From Anthoceros angustus (lineage: Eukaryota > Plantae > Anthocerotophyta), in contig MU008183.1 in NCBI GenBank assembly GCA_010909165.1, positions 372,001 to 436,000 on the forward strand: DNA of 64,000 nucleotides, written 5' to 3'. Numbering within the stretch: position 1 is the first letter of the stretch; the number at the start of each line of letters is the position of its first letter. Below are positions 14,068 through 28,860 of the stretch, in pieces. Under the pieces are notes generated by a model that saw only the letters and a list, made by a program, of their open reading frames with translations, was not told the origin of the DNA and made no database searches. The translations under genes and the position numbers were made by a program.

Positions 14068-14370
14068 ACTTAGATGGGGTGCCTACAGGGAATGGATGCT
14101 CTTGGTGCAAGTAGCTTAGGCATACCATGGTACAAGTTGTTAAGTACCAAGTCCCATGACGGAAATCCGTCCTTAATAAACTTAAATAAAATTCTTCTTC
14201 TTCTTCTTCCAGTGATTAAACATCCCGAGCTTAGATCCATACTTAGATGGGGTGCCTGAAGGGAGTGGATGCCCTTTGTGCAAGTAGCATAGGCACACAT
14301 GGTACAAGTTGTTAAGTACCAAGTCCCATGACGGACTTAAATAAAATTCTTCTTCTTACTCTTCTTCTTC
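14068..14370 (+). repeat. Two ~173-bp units each ending in AATAAAAT-(TTC)n; probable non-LTR retroelement/SINE 3' ends
   Basis: ACTTAGATGGGGTGCCT...TTAAGTACCAAGTCCCATGACGGA...CTTAAATAAAATTCTTCTT at 14068 and 14241. Related pieces occur near 29205 and, inverted, near 32555-32600. Confidence 0.55.
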
Positions 14371-14744
14371 TCAGGGGATGAGCTATTTGGGGATTTTTAC
14401 AGAGGAGCCGTTGACCCAACAGCAGATCCTTGGACGATCCTGACACCCTGTAGTCATGCTATTTAAAGGGTCCATTCTAACCAGACCGACCAGTACAAGC
14501 TGGATAGGTCTATTTTGGTGTTTGTCTGGCATTTAAGAACGGAAGCGATGACCATGAACATCCCGGTGGTGGCTCGGCAGTGGCCACTGGCAACCACAGG
14601 GAAGCTGCCAGTGGGCAGTTTCCACTCGCATCACTTGCAGCGCTCCCGGCCTTGTCCATCTGCCTCGACAGATGAGCAACGCCCGACACTTTTCTCTAGG
14701 GTAGACGCAGCTGGGCCAGATTGCTCGGCAGGGCACGGAAGACC

Positions 14745-17080
14745 ATGAAAATGGAGCAAGCTTGCCTGGCTCTCAAGCTGTTGATCCTCGTACTCCCTTT
14801 GGCAGCCGCTTCCTATGGTGACCAGGTATGCATGTTGTGTGGACTCTCTCGTGGCTGGGTTTGCACTGACCATGGGCTCCTGAGGGAGCACATTAGCGGG
14901 CACCGGATGCGACCAGGCTTGACATGGAGTAGCGTGTGATGGGCGGTGGCCGCAGTGGCTCAATCATGGAGGTGGGATCAAGAACTGGAGGTTCGCAAAG
15001 AAGGAGAGAACAATCAGCGTTGATACAGCGGCGCGTCTGGCTCTCAAGTGGGAGTTTGTGGCTGGATCTTTCGTTTCAGCCACTCCTGCCATCTACAAGG
15101 GCGTGCTCTACTTCCCCAGCTGGAACGGCTTGGTGTTCGCGGTGGAGCAGGAGACGGGGTCGCTGCTCTGGTCCACCAATCTCACGGAGGTGACGGGTCT
15201 GCTGGGTACTGCTTACGTAGCATTAGGTACGCGCGATGCCTGCGTGATCGAACATGGCATTTCCTCGTCTGTCGTGTGACATCGTGAGCTGGTTGTTGAC
15301 AGTTTGCTCGGCCGGGCTTCGATGCTGCAGGGGTCCCCTACGCGTTCACGAGAGCGACGCCTGTTGTGGCTCATGACACGCTGCTGATTGGACTTGCCGG
15401 CCCAGCCTATGTCGTTGCTCTGGATCGACGCACTGGCAAGCTTCTGTGGAAGACTTTGGTCGACGAGCATCCTTGGGCTATTTTGACGCAGTCGGGCACC
15501 GCCCACAAACGGTAGCAACGTGCTGACAATCTGGTTGCTCGTATCTGATCGACTTGGGGCCTGTAGAACTGCTTGCTATGTAGTTGTAGTACTGGTACTG
15601 CTCGTGAATGATGCAAGTTGCAGACTTGCAGACTCGGATGGATTCACTGACTGTATGTTGCTGAGCGAGGTGGCCGAACTTGTATGTGCAGTTCGTACTA
15701 CTTCGGGGTGTCCTCCTTCGAAGAATTGGCCAGCTCCTTTCCAAACTACATCTGTTGCACATTCATCGGGAGTTTCCAGAAGCTGGATATTCGAACTGGG
15801 AAGGTGGTATGGAAGACTCGCATGCTTCCAGACAACGGAGGCAAGCCAGGGCAGTATGCTGGGGTTGCGGTCTGGGGCAGCAGTCCTGCCATCGACCTGG
15901 GTCGGGGTCTGGTGTACATTGCTACCGGGAATATCTACACCGCACCTCCAGCCATCCAGGAATGTGAGCGAAAGCAGCAGAACCTCTCCAAACCTGAGGT
16001 GAGCTCAGAATTTCATACCTGCTGACATCATATAGTACGGGTCCTTAGGCTCTAGTACTAGTACTGCAATGCCGTGCACTCTGCAGGAGCATAGATATGT
16101 ACACCTTGACCAATGGCGGCGAGATGGTGCTTCCTACTGCAACAGGTTCCTGACCCTTGCCTCGAGCCGGGGAATCTGGAAAACGCTGTACTGGCTCTGG
16201 AGCTGGGCAGCGGGAAGATTCGGTGGGCCAAGTCTCTGTTAGGCTACGATGCTTGGAATTTAGCTTGCGTAGTGGGTGGAAACGTTGCCAACTGTCCTAA
16301 GGGAGGCCCTGCCAACGACTACGACTTCGGAGAAGCCCCCATGCTGCTCACCATCCGCGTAAATTCCTCCTCCTGGGTTGATGTGGCGGTGGCCGCGCAG
16401 AAGAGCGGCATAGCCTGGGCCTTGGATCGAGACACCGGGGACATAGTATGGGACACGGTACGTTTCAAAACATCTCACATCCGGCGAGCTCGTGTGTTTT
16501 GCTGGCCGCCCAGCTTCTGACGGTGTCCAGGACATCAGGTGACGGGACCTGGCGGGCTCACTGGAGGCGCCATATGGGGATCAGCCACCGATGGCAAGAG
16601 AGTGTACATCAATAACGCCAACAGCTTCAACCTCACTTACACGCTGCTTCCTTCGAACAAGACCACAACCGGCGGAGCTTGGGTGGGCTTGGATGCCGAC
16701 ACAGGTGGACTCTCCTTTTCTTTCCTCTTCCTCCTTTTCCGTACATGGATCCGCCTTATTTCCCACCCGTCTCGAGCATCATGAAGGACCTTGGGGGTGG
16801 CTGTTGTGCAGGGTCGATTCTGTGGACAACTCCTACTCCCAACAAGGGAGCTGCGACAGGGCCTGTCAGCGTTGCTAATGGCGTGGTGTTCGGAACCGCA
16901 ATCGACTTCACTGGCCGCGTCTTTGCTCTGGACGCCAGGACTGGAGAAGTGCTGTGGCACTACGACTCTATGAAGGGATCCAGCCAAGGCGGGATTGCGA
17001 TTTCCCAGGGTTGCGCATTTGTGGGATCGGGCTACAGCGTCGCTCCGGGAACATCCCTGTACGCCTTCTGTGTGGAGTGA
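14745..17080 (+). CDS. Secreted PQQ-type beta-propeller protein (polyvinyl-alcohol dehydrogenase-like), copy A; 7 exons
   Basis: Signal peptide, WLNHGG, LKWEF, SATPAI, CCTFIGS, GVAVWGSSPAID, DYDFGEAPML, AAQKSGIAWALDRDTG and WGSATDG; repeated A-x-D-x-x-T-G-x-x-x-W tryptophan-docking motifs. Spliceable in frame. Confidence 0.9.
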
Positions 17081-17623
17081 AAACCACTTTCCCTCCACAC
17101 ACACGTGAAGAACGCGCACAGCGGCTCATCACTATGGCTCGGTGCTCTGCTTGCACAGTAACAACGTTTTATGATCGTTACGAAAAATGCTACAAGTCGT
17201 AAGGCCTAAAGGTTTTCAATCATTCTTTCTTCCGGACTTGGGAAAAAAAGTAGCTACACAAATTCCTCCCTTGCAGGAGTGACTTGGAGACGTGAGTGTT
17301 TAGAACTCCTCAATCGGACAAAAAAAATGCTCAGATGTGGTACATCCCTCACGGCCCACAAGTTGATAGTAAAGAATTTACGATTTTCAAAGAAATTATA
17401 GTATTGCACTTGAAGAATTTATGGTTTCGAGTACATTGCAAAACTTATTATTTTGAGGCTCTGCGTAAATCACAGAGCTCATTATTTCGAATTTTCCATG
17501 AATCGAAGAACTCATTGTCATGAGGTTTTGGGTTGAATTGAAGAACTTATTGTTTTGAACAAGTAGTGCAAAAACTTTCTCTCCATAAAATATCTAGATA
17601 TAAAAAAAGATATTTTGTAGATA

Positions 17624-18010
17624 ATGGATCCCAAGGATCATTGTACTAGTCCATCTACAAGTATTAATCACAGTAATCTACTCACAAGTATTTATTAAAG
17701 TGAATGCGATGATAAAGTCACTTGCGCAATTTGTATGGAATCCATAATGACAGGCGAAGAGATCACTAAAGTAATTACATGTTGTCACATGTTCCGCAAA
17801 AATTATCTAAATTCATGGTTGAACATATGTTCTCGACCAATCACATACCCACTTGTAGGGGTGAGATATACCACCATGTAGAGGATGAACCAACTCTCAA
17901 GCATCATGAAGAAAACGGACAATGGACACGCATTTTATATTTTTGTAGCCATGTAGTTTCTGAAATTGATCTTCAAATGATCAATAATATTATCGTAGGA
18001 AGAAGAAGTG
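17624..18010 (+). pseudogene. AT-rich RING-H2 pseudogene, paralogue of 33193-33972
   Basis: MDPKD..SIY*SECDDKVTCAICMESI..GEEITKVITC aligns with the intact copy. It has a CAA>TAA stop, Cys>Tyr changes and a frameshift. Upstream flank is also homologous. Confidence 0.75.
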
Positions 18011-18726
18011 AGATTTTCAGCGTGAGACAATGTAGAAACAGAAGTTTTTTCCGGACTTCGTGTGTGAAGGTAGTTTTAGTGAAGGCCATGTGTGTGTGAA
18101 CATGTAGTTCGGTAAACTCATTGTTCAAATTTTTAGAGCAATTTGATTCCCAAACCTGCATACAGCACGCAATGTGCAAATGTGGGATTTGGACACATCA
18201 TTTCTATTCCAAAATAGGGCTTAGATCTTGCCCGAATCAAAGCCAAAAACGACTTGAGGCCACCATTCCTATCAATTGGTGGCCCGTGACGACTTCGGTA
18301 TTCCATACTATTGGCATTAGGCTTTTTTCAAAGATGAGTCCCAAGACTTAAAGAGGAAAAATGGAAAATGTTCACACTGGAGTAGATTAGATGGGCTATT
18401 TGATTAAATACAATTGATTTAAAATCTGTGTTAAGTATCAATAGATTGGTAGCTATCGATGTAGGTGGGTGTGTTGCCGGGCTGTTTATATGAAGACAAG
18501 CTGAATTCGGCCTGCGAAGTTGAGGTGGTGAAGCTCGCCGACTGCTTCTGCGACATGTGTTTGTGTGTCTGGGCGAGAGAGTCGATTTGGGCGAGGTGAG
18601 TCTCGCTGGGGACGGCTGCGGGATCGTACGAGGATGGCGGTGTGTGAGGGCTAGGTCGTGTGCATGTCGGAATGCTGAAGTGAGATTTGTGGGAAGCCGA
18701 GGTTGGAGGTGCATCTGTGTGTGTGA

Positions 18727-20094
<1,368 letters not shown>

Positions 20095-20651
20095 TTCATC
20101 TGTCCAATCTGTAGCTCTTGTAGCATTGATATCGAAGGAGTTGATCCTGTTGGTGCTGGAACCTGTTTTCGGAACTAGCTTGTAGTGTTTCTTTGTCACC
20201 TTTCATCTTGTATAGCCGGATTTACATCATGCAACCAAAATTTCCGTCGCAGAAGGAAGGATGCCAACACTGCCGCCTCACAGTCTCAGAGAAGGTACCA
20301 ACACTTCTTCACAGAAGGATGGATGCCTATTCTGCCTTGCCGATGGATGGATGCCATTACCCCTCAATAGAGCATAGATGCTATCATTTCTTTACTGGAT
20401 GATGAATGTCAACACTTCCTCCCGAAAGCATGGTTGCCAGCAAGGATGGTTGTCAGCACTGCCTTACGAAAGGATGAACCTAGCAGAAAAAGGATGCCAA
20501 CAGTCTGATCACAAATGGATGGATGCCCACACTCCGTCACAGATGTCTGGATGCCGACTTTCTTTCGCGTTGTCGTGCAAGGAAGATCGGAACCCTAAAT
20601 CTTGGTCTCTGTTTCTTTGTGAACAATAGTGTGATTCTCCAGTTAGGGGTC

Positions 20652-22525
20652 ATGGCGGGCGAAGGGAGCGGAGAGACGCGGAGGCTGCAGGCTTTGTGCA
20701 GCGCCTTACTGGCGGCTGTCTCAGCAGGGTCAGCAGCCCCGGGCCCTGGTATTCCAACGTCCCCTAATGTGGAATCTCTACAATCAGCGCTGGTAGAGCT
20801 GGTGCAGGCAATGCGGCCGCAGGAGCGCAAGGCTGCTGTGGGACCGTTACTGCGGTTGCTACAGGGTGCAGAGGACACAGATGGCGTATCTGATGCAGCT
20901 GCTGCGGCTATGGCACTTTGTTGTGGGGCGTCTGCGGCTGGGCCTCCCCTGTATCGCATCTTCACCTTTTCGCCCTCCATCCACGTTCATGTATTGTTGT
21001 ACAGCTGCTAGCGCTTTGCGAATCGTGTCTTGTCTTATGGCCCGTTAGTCTGCTTTGCAGTCCCTGTCCCGGTGATGAGATATTTAGTAATCGGAGGTTG
21101 CACAGCCGGTAGCTGCCGTCATTGTTCCTTCTTCACAGCACTGTCATTGCTCAGTGCTGTGACAAGGTCGCAGCGGTGACTCCCATGCTCTGGCTGCAAA
21201 TCTGCACAGGACGATACATGGCAATATTTTGAGGGACTAGATTTGTATGCTGCTAATATACAGCCGAAGGTTTTTTGTATTCACGTGATTTCAACCTCTC
21301 TAGTTGGCCTGCAGGTGCGGGAGATGGAGTACACGCAAGGGGAACTGGGGTGGAAGGTTTGGGGTGCATCGTTGGTGATGGCCAGCCATCTAATGGGGAT
21401 GCAAGAAATATTGCGTGGGAAGTCGGTGCTAGAACTGGGCAGCGGGTGCGGGTTATGTGGATTGCTGTCAGCTAAGCTGGGGGCCAGTCGTGTAGTTCTC
21501 TCGGATTGCAATCCCCACATTCTCCAAAATCTGTGCAGGACTGTTGCTCTCCTCCCTGCTGAAGTTTCAGACAGCTATCATGCTCTTCCTGCCTCTAATC
21601 CATGGGATGGTGACAGTAAAACCGGAGGTGAAGTCAGGACTGGTTGTGACTTTCTATATCAAGGTATCTGCTCATCCCGCAATGAGGAAGACATGCCGGG
21701 AAAGTGTGACGTGCAAGTCCGAATGCTGGATTGGTTTGAGGATGCAAAGAAGGATCAAATCCCAGCAAATACACTTCAGGTTGCTTTCTCTACGAGCTTG
21801 TTCAGTCTGATACGATGCACTGCTGTATGTATTGTGGAGAAGTCTTCCGAGTGTCACTATATTGTTGAATCTACTCGGGTTTGAAAGGGACCCTTGTCCG
21901 TGTTCTGTCTGTCACTAGGGTAGTAAGGAGTTTCCACCTAAGCTGCCACCGAGCCAGAGGTTTGACATCATCATTGGAAGCGACTTACTTTACGAGGAGA
22001 GATTCCTGCAGCCCTTGGTTGTAAGTTTAGATCCTGCAAACGTTGAGGCTGCTGAGTGGGTCATGTGTTCATGTTTTGGGCAAGATGTTCCTCATTTGTC
22101 TGGATTGTGGCTGTCCAGAGGGTTACGATGTTGAGCACTAAGCTATTGCTGAGTTGTTTATCTGTCCAGCTCTTGATCATGTATTCACCTAAGGTTATGC
22201 AGAAGTGTACGATCAAGAGGAAGGTCATGTGAACCTGTTAGTTTGACTGTGTCACGCTGTGCAGACACTGTCAACTGCTCGACTGTCATCTCCGAATGGG
22301 CAGGCACTCTTCGTTGCTCCTGTGAGGGAGCTGAGCTTGCTGGAAGTTTTTCTGGCTGATCTGGCGAATGTTGGATTAGTGACCAAAGTGGCTGACATTG
22401 GTTCCCAGGAATGGGATGAGTGCTGCAAAATGGGTTGTCAAGAAAGTGTGGACGCCGGTGAGACGTGGCATGGCCCTGACTACTACGAGGGAGGTTTCGT
22501 AGCCGTCTCCGTGCGGTGGCCCTAA
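20652..22525 (+). CDS. Seven-beta-strand lysine methyltransferase (Methyltransf_16/METTL21-like); 4 exons (~20652-20990, ~21315-21779, ~21919-22020, ~22265-22525)
   Basis: GWKVWGASLVMA, GKSVLELGSGCGLCG, VVLSD, LDW and FDIIIGSDLLY motifs, with GT-AG junctions. Confidence 0.85.
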
Positions 22526-23152
22526 TTGATCCTTGAATTTGCAACATGTCTGATCCTCTTGTACTGAAGACACCGGTGACCACGGGAAACAAAATTTGTG
22601 GGCACCGTTCAGTAGTCATGGTGTGTACTCAGTCCCGCTGATCCTGAGAGTCTCCAAAATCTCGAACAGAAACAGCAGTGTTGTCAAGGAGTGCTAATTT
22701 TAATGAGCTTGACTTTCATCCGCGAACCCTGACGCCCTGGTTTCTTGCCCAAGCGGATGCTTCTATCTTGGAGGCCTCCTGGATTCTCAGGAGCGCCAGG
22801 TAACAAGTTTGTTCAAAAACAAACAAAGCAGGTTGCGACGGTTTTGGATTAAATAAATCAATATATTTTGGAATAATAGGTTTTGCACATCTCACAGGAG
22901 TGTGCTGCCCTCCTTCAAATGGATTCGATGTATTCCCAGTTCTTCCGGTATTCTTGTCATGTCAGTAATATTTTCGTTAGAGAAGAAAAAGTAGAGAAGA
23001 AAAAGTAGCTTGAGTGTCTCAATTCAAAACCCTCGGCATTCTAGGGTTCAAAAACCTCGAGTGTGCTCATGAGTTAAGAGAGCTTGGGTGTGTCAAACAT
23101 GAGCACATTGTTTTCGATGTCTCTAGGTGATTTGGTCTAAATATGGTTGCGT

Positions 23153-23335
23153 ATAATCAAGAGAGCCTTAGGTGCGCCAAATATTTGGTCTACAAGGTCT
23201 ATAATCAAAAGAGCCTTAGGTGCGCCCAATATTTGGTGTGCCAGGTATGTAATCAAAAGAGCCTTAGGTGCGCCAAACATTTAGTCTACAATGTATACAG
23301 TCAAGTCAAGCGAGCCTTAGCTGCACCAAACATAA
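23153..23335. repeat. 48-bp tandem repeat (~3.5 copies)
   Basis: ATAATCAA.AGAGCCTTAGGTGCGCC units at 23153, 23201 and 23249, plus a degraded fourth. Confidence 0.8.
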
Positions 23336-24124
23336 GTGCTTTGGAATGCCGTAGGTAAAGGCCTTGTGGGTGGATTATTGCTGGGATGGGGTTGCAAATT
23401 CACTCACATAATTTGATCGTACCTATCCAACAAAGTTCGAGTTGATTTTAGCGCATTGGAACTCTGCAATCAAGTGTCTTGTAGCTTGTAGAGCACTATA
23501 AGGATGAGGTTCCTTCATGTTGGATGCAAGTAGTATGAATTGATTGTATCTATCTAACAAAGTCTGAGTTAATATTAGCGCATTAAAACTATGCAATCAA
23601 GTGTCATGCGGCTCGTGGAGTACTGTTAGGATGAGTTTCCTTCATGTTGGATGCAAGTAGGAGCAAAAGGGATGTTTTGGTTTAGAGAGGAATGATTTAG
23701 CATAGTTTAGTAGAGCACTGTTGGGATGAGGTTCCTTCATGTTGAGTGCCAATAGTACCCACAAGATGATTTGATTTAGAGAGAGATAATTTGGTTTAAT
23801 TTATGGGTTATGCATTTATTTGACGTCCCACTATTTGACCTGCGCTCTCGAGAAGTGAAAATAAGATAAAACGATAAAGTTTGCGACAAAAGCTTTAGAG
23901 AGATTGGCTATTGAAAAATAAATGAGGGACACTAAAATAGTTCGGTCCATCTCTTAGACCTATCCATCGTAGAGTCCACCTCTGAACCAATGGATAGCAC
24001 AACGTAGTCAGGGGACCCTCGTGAGCGGCACACAGGCATGGCCCACGAGACTAGGAGTGACCCAACAAACCCAGGTGGAGGACGGAATGGGGCAAGGCTG
24101 GGAAGAGAGGGCTTGCGCGTCCTC

Positions 24125-25454
24125 TCAGGCTTCAGTGAATAGGCTCCAGTTGTTGATTTTGAACGTTTTTAGGAGCAGTTGAAAAATGTCGGCTGCTGCC
24201 ATGCGCCCTGACAAAGCAGCATCAGTTGTTGCACCAGCTCCAACTGTGTCTGCACTGTGGCTATGTTGACTAGACAGGACGAAACTGTGTTAGATAGATC
24301 GCAAGTCTAGCTGCTCATTTTAAGTCCATGGTAGCAAACCCTAGTCCTTTCCAGGATCGACGTAGACTTAACAATATACGAGTCTCTTCCACACCTGATG
24401 AACAAGGGCTCGTACACCGTGATTAACACATCAGTGTTTGCATTGCGCAACCGAAAATTTGCCAGATACACCTGCACTTCCCACAGACTATCGACTCAAC
24501 TCCTTTGCTACATGCCAGAAGGATGGGAAGCAGATATCATATCAATGCAAGCTTCAATGCCTAAGAGAACGTACCCTCACAACATTGCGTGCCTCTACAC
24601 CTTGCCTGCCCTTTGAAACTGCCTGCATCCCGATTCTCACAGTAAGCGAAACAGCCAAAATTGTCGTAAGCCCTAACAGGAACACCTTCCATGTAAGCAG
24701 CCCCATACCAGCTTCCCAACAGCAGCCGTCATGACAGTCGAGGGATCTAGAAAAGGAACATCCGTTGCTGGCACGTTATTCGCAGCCTCCACAACCTGGA
24801 TCAAAACTACCACCACGAGCTGATGTGACGAGCCTAAACCTTGTCTGGCTAGACTACACGGCAGCTTGAGCTCAGTGTCAGCAAATGCTGGACCATGCAG
24901 CAAATGGCATGGCTCTCTCCAGGGTAACTGGTACTCACAAAGTCCTGGCCGGCATCCTGCTCTCTGGCTAAGTCTTGGAGGAACCAAACCGCACTCTGGT
25001 GATCAGCCACATCTCTCTCCAGCTCAAGCAGCTCCACGATGATGCTCTCATCCCGATCAGCGTCCACAAACGCTTCCTGCAGCATCCCGCATCGCATCAT
25101 CAGCAGGCTGCCCTTGCTCCTCTCACAAAAGTTGCAGCACGCCACGCCCTCTGTCGGCATACTCAACCCTACCTACGCAGGCGCTTCCTACCTGATTGTT
25201 TGGAACTTGTCGAATTTCACTCACATCCTGCCAACCCACACAGAATTGGCACCATCAGGATACTGAACCCGCAAACGGCTGCCTCGGGACAGCCGCTTTC
25301 CTCGCACTCAGCACTCAGGGCCTAAAGATTGCTAAGAGTAGCGGCATCTGACCTGGAACCGGGAGGGGAAGCAGCACTGAATTGCACCTCCAAAGAGAGG
25401 CTGAGGTTCGCATGCTTCGGTCCCAGCGTTGCCGCCCAATTGCGAGTGCGCCAT
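24125..25454 (-). CDS. MOG1: Ran guanine nucleotide release factor MOG1; 7 exons (missed by the ORF track)
   Basis: Spliced translation reads PLFGGAI..FPSRFQ|DVSEIRQVPNNQ|EAFVDADRDESIIVELLE..WFLQDLAREQDA|..|AVSKGRQG|VYLANFRL..TDVLITVYEP|..FKINNWSLF. Exon 1 is 25454-25353, exon 2 is 25227-25192, and the TGA is at 24127-24125. Confidence 0.92.
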
Positions 25455-25732
25455 GACTCACCGCCAGTCTCCCGTCCGGACAGCATGAAAGGAAAGCGAA
25501 AGGTTGTGAAACTGACGACACTTGACTTGTTTTGACTCCAGTTTTGGCGGTTTGCTCTTCCTCAGGGAACCAGGGAATTTGTTGGTGGCCACTACTTTGC
25601 AATCTACCTTCAGGCTTTATTCCATGGAAAGGCTTGAGGCATTGTCTTGGGGACTGGTTGCTGCTGGGTGGTTCTCTGCTCTGCTGCAGTCCGGCCACCC
25701 TTGCAATCAAGCGGAACCGTTCTTGAATCAGA

Positions 25733-27368
25733 ATGTATTTGGTAGAGGACAAAGGAGGGGCCATAGCCCTCATGTGCGCAGCTCTGCTGTTCTTGGGAAC
25801 ATGGCCGGCTGTGATGAACCTGCTAGAAAGAAGAGGCAGGCTTTTGCAACATACTTACCTCGACTACTGCATCTCCAATTACCTGTCTGCCATTTTGATT
25901 GCTCTCACCCTTGGACAGCTTGGGCCTGAATCTGCCCATAGGCCCAACTTTTTCACACAGCTCAAGCAGGTTTGATGTTCTCTTCCCATCAAGTGCCACG
26001 AGGACCCCTCCTTGCAGCAGCTGAGAGAACTGCCTCTGAAGTCTGAAGACCATGTCTCACAAGGTGTACTTTGAGAATTGTAGGACAACGGAGCCTCCGT
26101 GGGAATTGCCATGGCTGGGGGCTTGGTGCTTTGTCTTGGGAACTTAGCGACACAGTATGGCTGGCCGTTTGTAGGGCTCTCGATAGGGGAGATCATTTCA
26201 TCATGCCTCTCGGTAGTCATCGGTAAGGCAGACTTGATTCCTTTCCTGTTCCTGTTCAACTTCGTACTTCATCTCAGTGCTCCTTGTAATAAAGATCTGC
26301 GAATTGCCCCTCAGGTACCACTTTGAACTACTTTCTGGACGGTCGCATCAACAGAGCTGAGGTGCTCTTTCCCGGCGTTGGATGCTTCGTGGTTGCAGTG
26401 TGGCTTGGCGCGTTCCTGCATGCCTCCAACACAGCAGACAACGTTGCCAAGATCAAGCAGCAAGGCTTTGATACGAGGTATGGATGTCACAGTCGCTCAA
26501 TGACATCAGTAGAGGCTTTGAAACTGTCGTGACCACGTCTGATTAACCAACAGCGTGGGCGGAGACAGGGAAGCACTGAGCGCAGAAGAGTACGGGACCA
26601 CAAATTCTTCCATTCCAGCAGCGAAAGCGTTCGACATCGAGTCAGACAAGCAGGAGGTCCGAGCCAAGGCCGGAACCACAGAGTACCTGCTGCGGCTGGA
26701 ACAGAAACGAGCCGTGAAGGCACAGGGAGTGAGCCCGTTTCTAGGGTTGGGGATCATCATCTTCGCAGGCCTGTGCTTTGCCTTCTTCTCCCCTGCTTTC
26801 AACCTGGCCACCAACGATCAGTGGCACACCTTGAAGGACGGGGTGCCCCATCTCCAGGTCTACACCGCCTACTTCTGGTTCTCCACAGCCTTCTTCGTGG
26901 TGGCCGTGATCCTTAACCTGTGGTTCCTGTACCGCCCTGTGCTGGGCTTGCCCAAGTCCTCCTTCTCAGCCTATGTGAGAGACTGGAGAGGCCGCCCCTG
27001 GGCCCTCCTCTCAGGCGTGCTCTGCGGCTTTGGCAATGGGTTCCAGTTCATGGGAGGCCAAGCTGCTGGGTACGCTGCTGCAGATGCTGTGCAGGTGACT
27101 CCCATTATCTTGTTCAGCACACTTACGTCAAATTCACATAGAAAAGCTGTGTTGGCATGTCCATGCGAAGAACAGCTTGGTGGTTACATGATTGGTCACG
27201 CTCTTGCAGGCCTTACCATTGGTGAGCACCGTGTGGGCAGTTCTTTTTTTCGGTGAGTACCACAGATCTTCGGGTAGGACATACCTGCTCCTAGGAGGGA
27301 TGCTTTTCATGTTTGCCAGTGCTGTGGGTATTCTTATGGCTTCTTCCGGACACAGGAAGAAGAACTAG
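25733..27368 (+). CDS. UPS: Ureide permease; 5 exons
   Basis: MYLVEDKGGAI..LGTWPA..LERRGR..HTYLDY, LNYFLDGRINRAEVLFPGVGCF, FSPAFNLATNDQWH, GNGFQFMGGQAAGYAAADAVQ|ALPLVST and C-terminal MASSGHRK. Confidence 0.95.
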
Positions 27369-27615
27369 CCTTGTCCTATGGTATTCTATCCGTCTGAAAT
27401 GGTCTCAGGCTGCCTGTTTTACATGAGAAGATGGGAATGATCCCTCACAGAAGAGAGGGACAATCCTGTAGCAACCAGATGAGCTAAGCTCCACGATCAC
27501 ACAAATACATGAAAGCAAGCAAGTGCTGAGTTCTACAAACTTCAGGTGTGGGAGTGCTTGAGACTGGCCTTACATCCTGCTTTCGGAACACAGCAAAATG
27601 GTAAATTTTGGAGAA

Positions 27616-28860
27616 TCACTTTGGAGGGCTGCTCCTGGAGTTTGAGCAAGTAGGTGTTATAACGTAGCCAGATCCCACAAATGCGCAACCCTTGGAAACG
27701 GAAATCCCGCCTCGGCTGCCTCCGTCCATGGAGTCAAAGAGCCACAGAACCTCTCCAGTCCTGCCGTTGAGAGCAAAGATGCGGCCAGTCTGGTCGGAGG
27801 CGGTTCCGAATACCACTCCATTAGCAACGGTGACAGGCCCTGAGGCAGGGACGCTGTTGGGAGTAGTCGTTGTCCACAGAATCGACCCTACAGCAAAGCT
27901 CAAATCCCTCGTGACGTGCTGCCGTTCTCGCAGGATATCGTAAATGACATCGACAAGGAGGAGATCAGCAAGGGTATGTCGCGTAGTGCACCTGTGGCTG
28001 CATCCAACCCCATCCATGCTCTGCCTTTTGTGATTTTGTTTGAAGGAATCAGTGTGTAAGTGAGATTGTCAGAGTTGGCATTGTTGGTGAACACATACGT
28101 GCCATCCGTGGAAGATCCCCCGATAGCACCTCCGCTGCTCCCACCAGGTCCCGACACCTGATGATCAGAACGCAGCAATGCAATTATTCTTCTTGTCAGA
28201 ATGCCGTCAGCGGGCAGTCCATGTATTCTGCCCTTGCATAATCTCTGTTTGCGGAAAGGCATGAGGACCGTGCTCCACACTACGTCACCGGCGTCTCGAT
28301 CCAAAGCCCAGACTAAGCCGCTCTTCAGCCCAGCGACTGCCACATCAACCCAGGAGGACTTCACTGGGATGGTAAGTAGCACGGGGGATTCTCCAAAATA
28401 ATAGTCCAAGGCAGGGCCCGGCGGACAGTTCGCATTGCGTACTGGCACAAGACAAGCTACATGCCAAGCATCAAAGCCTCCGACATATGTGCTCCACCTG
28501 ATGTGCCCACTGGCCAGCTCCACGGCTAGTATGGAGTTCTCATGATTCCCCGGCTCCACTCAAGGGTCAGGAACCTACATGATTCATCAGGCTCGACAAC
28601 AGGGACCAATACAGACCCACATCTGCCCACATGTGAACTCGTCTACAAACCAGATCAATACACATGTCAATGCTATCAGCCTGACTTCTGCGCATGCGCA
28701 TCATCAGGGATGGATGTGAAGCTCAACTGGCGATCGGGTTTGGGGTGGTTCTGCTGTTCCCGCAAGCATTCCACTATGGCTGGTGGGGTGTTGTACACGT
28801 ACGTTCGTGTAGCTATGTACACCTCACCCCGAGTCAGGTCGATATCATGACAGCTGCCCA
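27616..28860 (-). pseudogene. 5'-truncated PQQ-type beta-propeller gene, copy B (3' exons only)
   Basis: The last three exons and part of exon 4 are present. There is a deletion in WGSSPAID, an aberrant C-terminus lacking LYAFCV, and repeats replace the 5' exons. Confidence 0.8.

Noticed and set aside
14745-17080. PQQ-propeller genes as bacterial contamination or a very recent transfer
   Set aside because: They have six spliceosomal introns at conserved positions and sit among plant genes. An ancient transfer is not excluded.
23153-23335. 48-bp repeats as a CRISPR array or a repeat peptide (ORF 23143-23358)
   Set aside because: Whole units repeat without unique spacers, the context is eukaryotic and there are no cas genes. 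It is a simple minisatellite.
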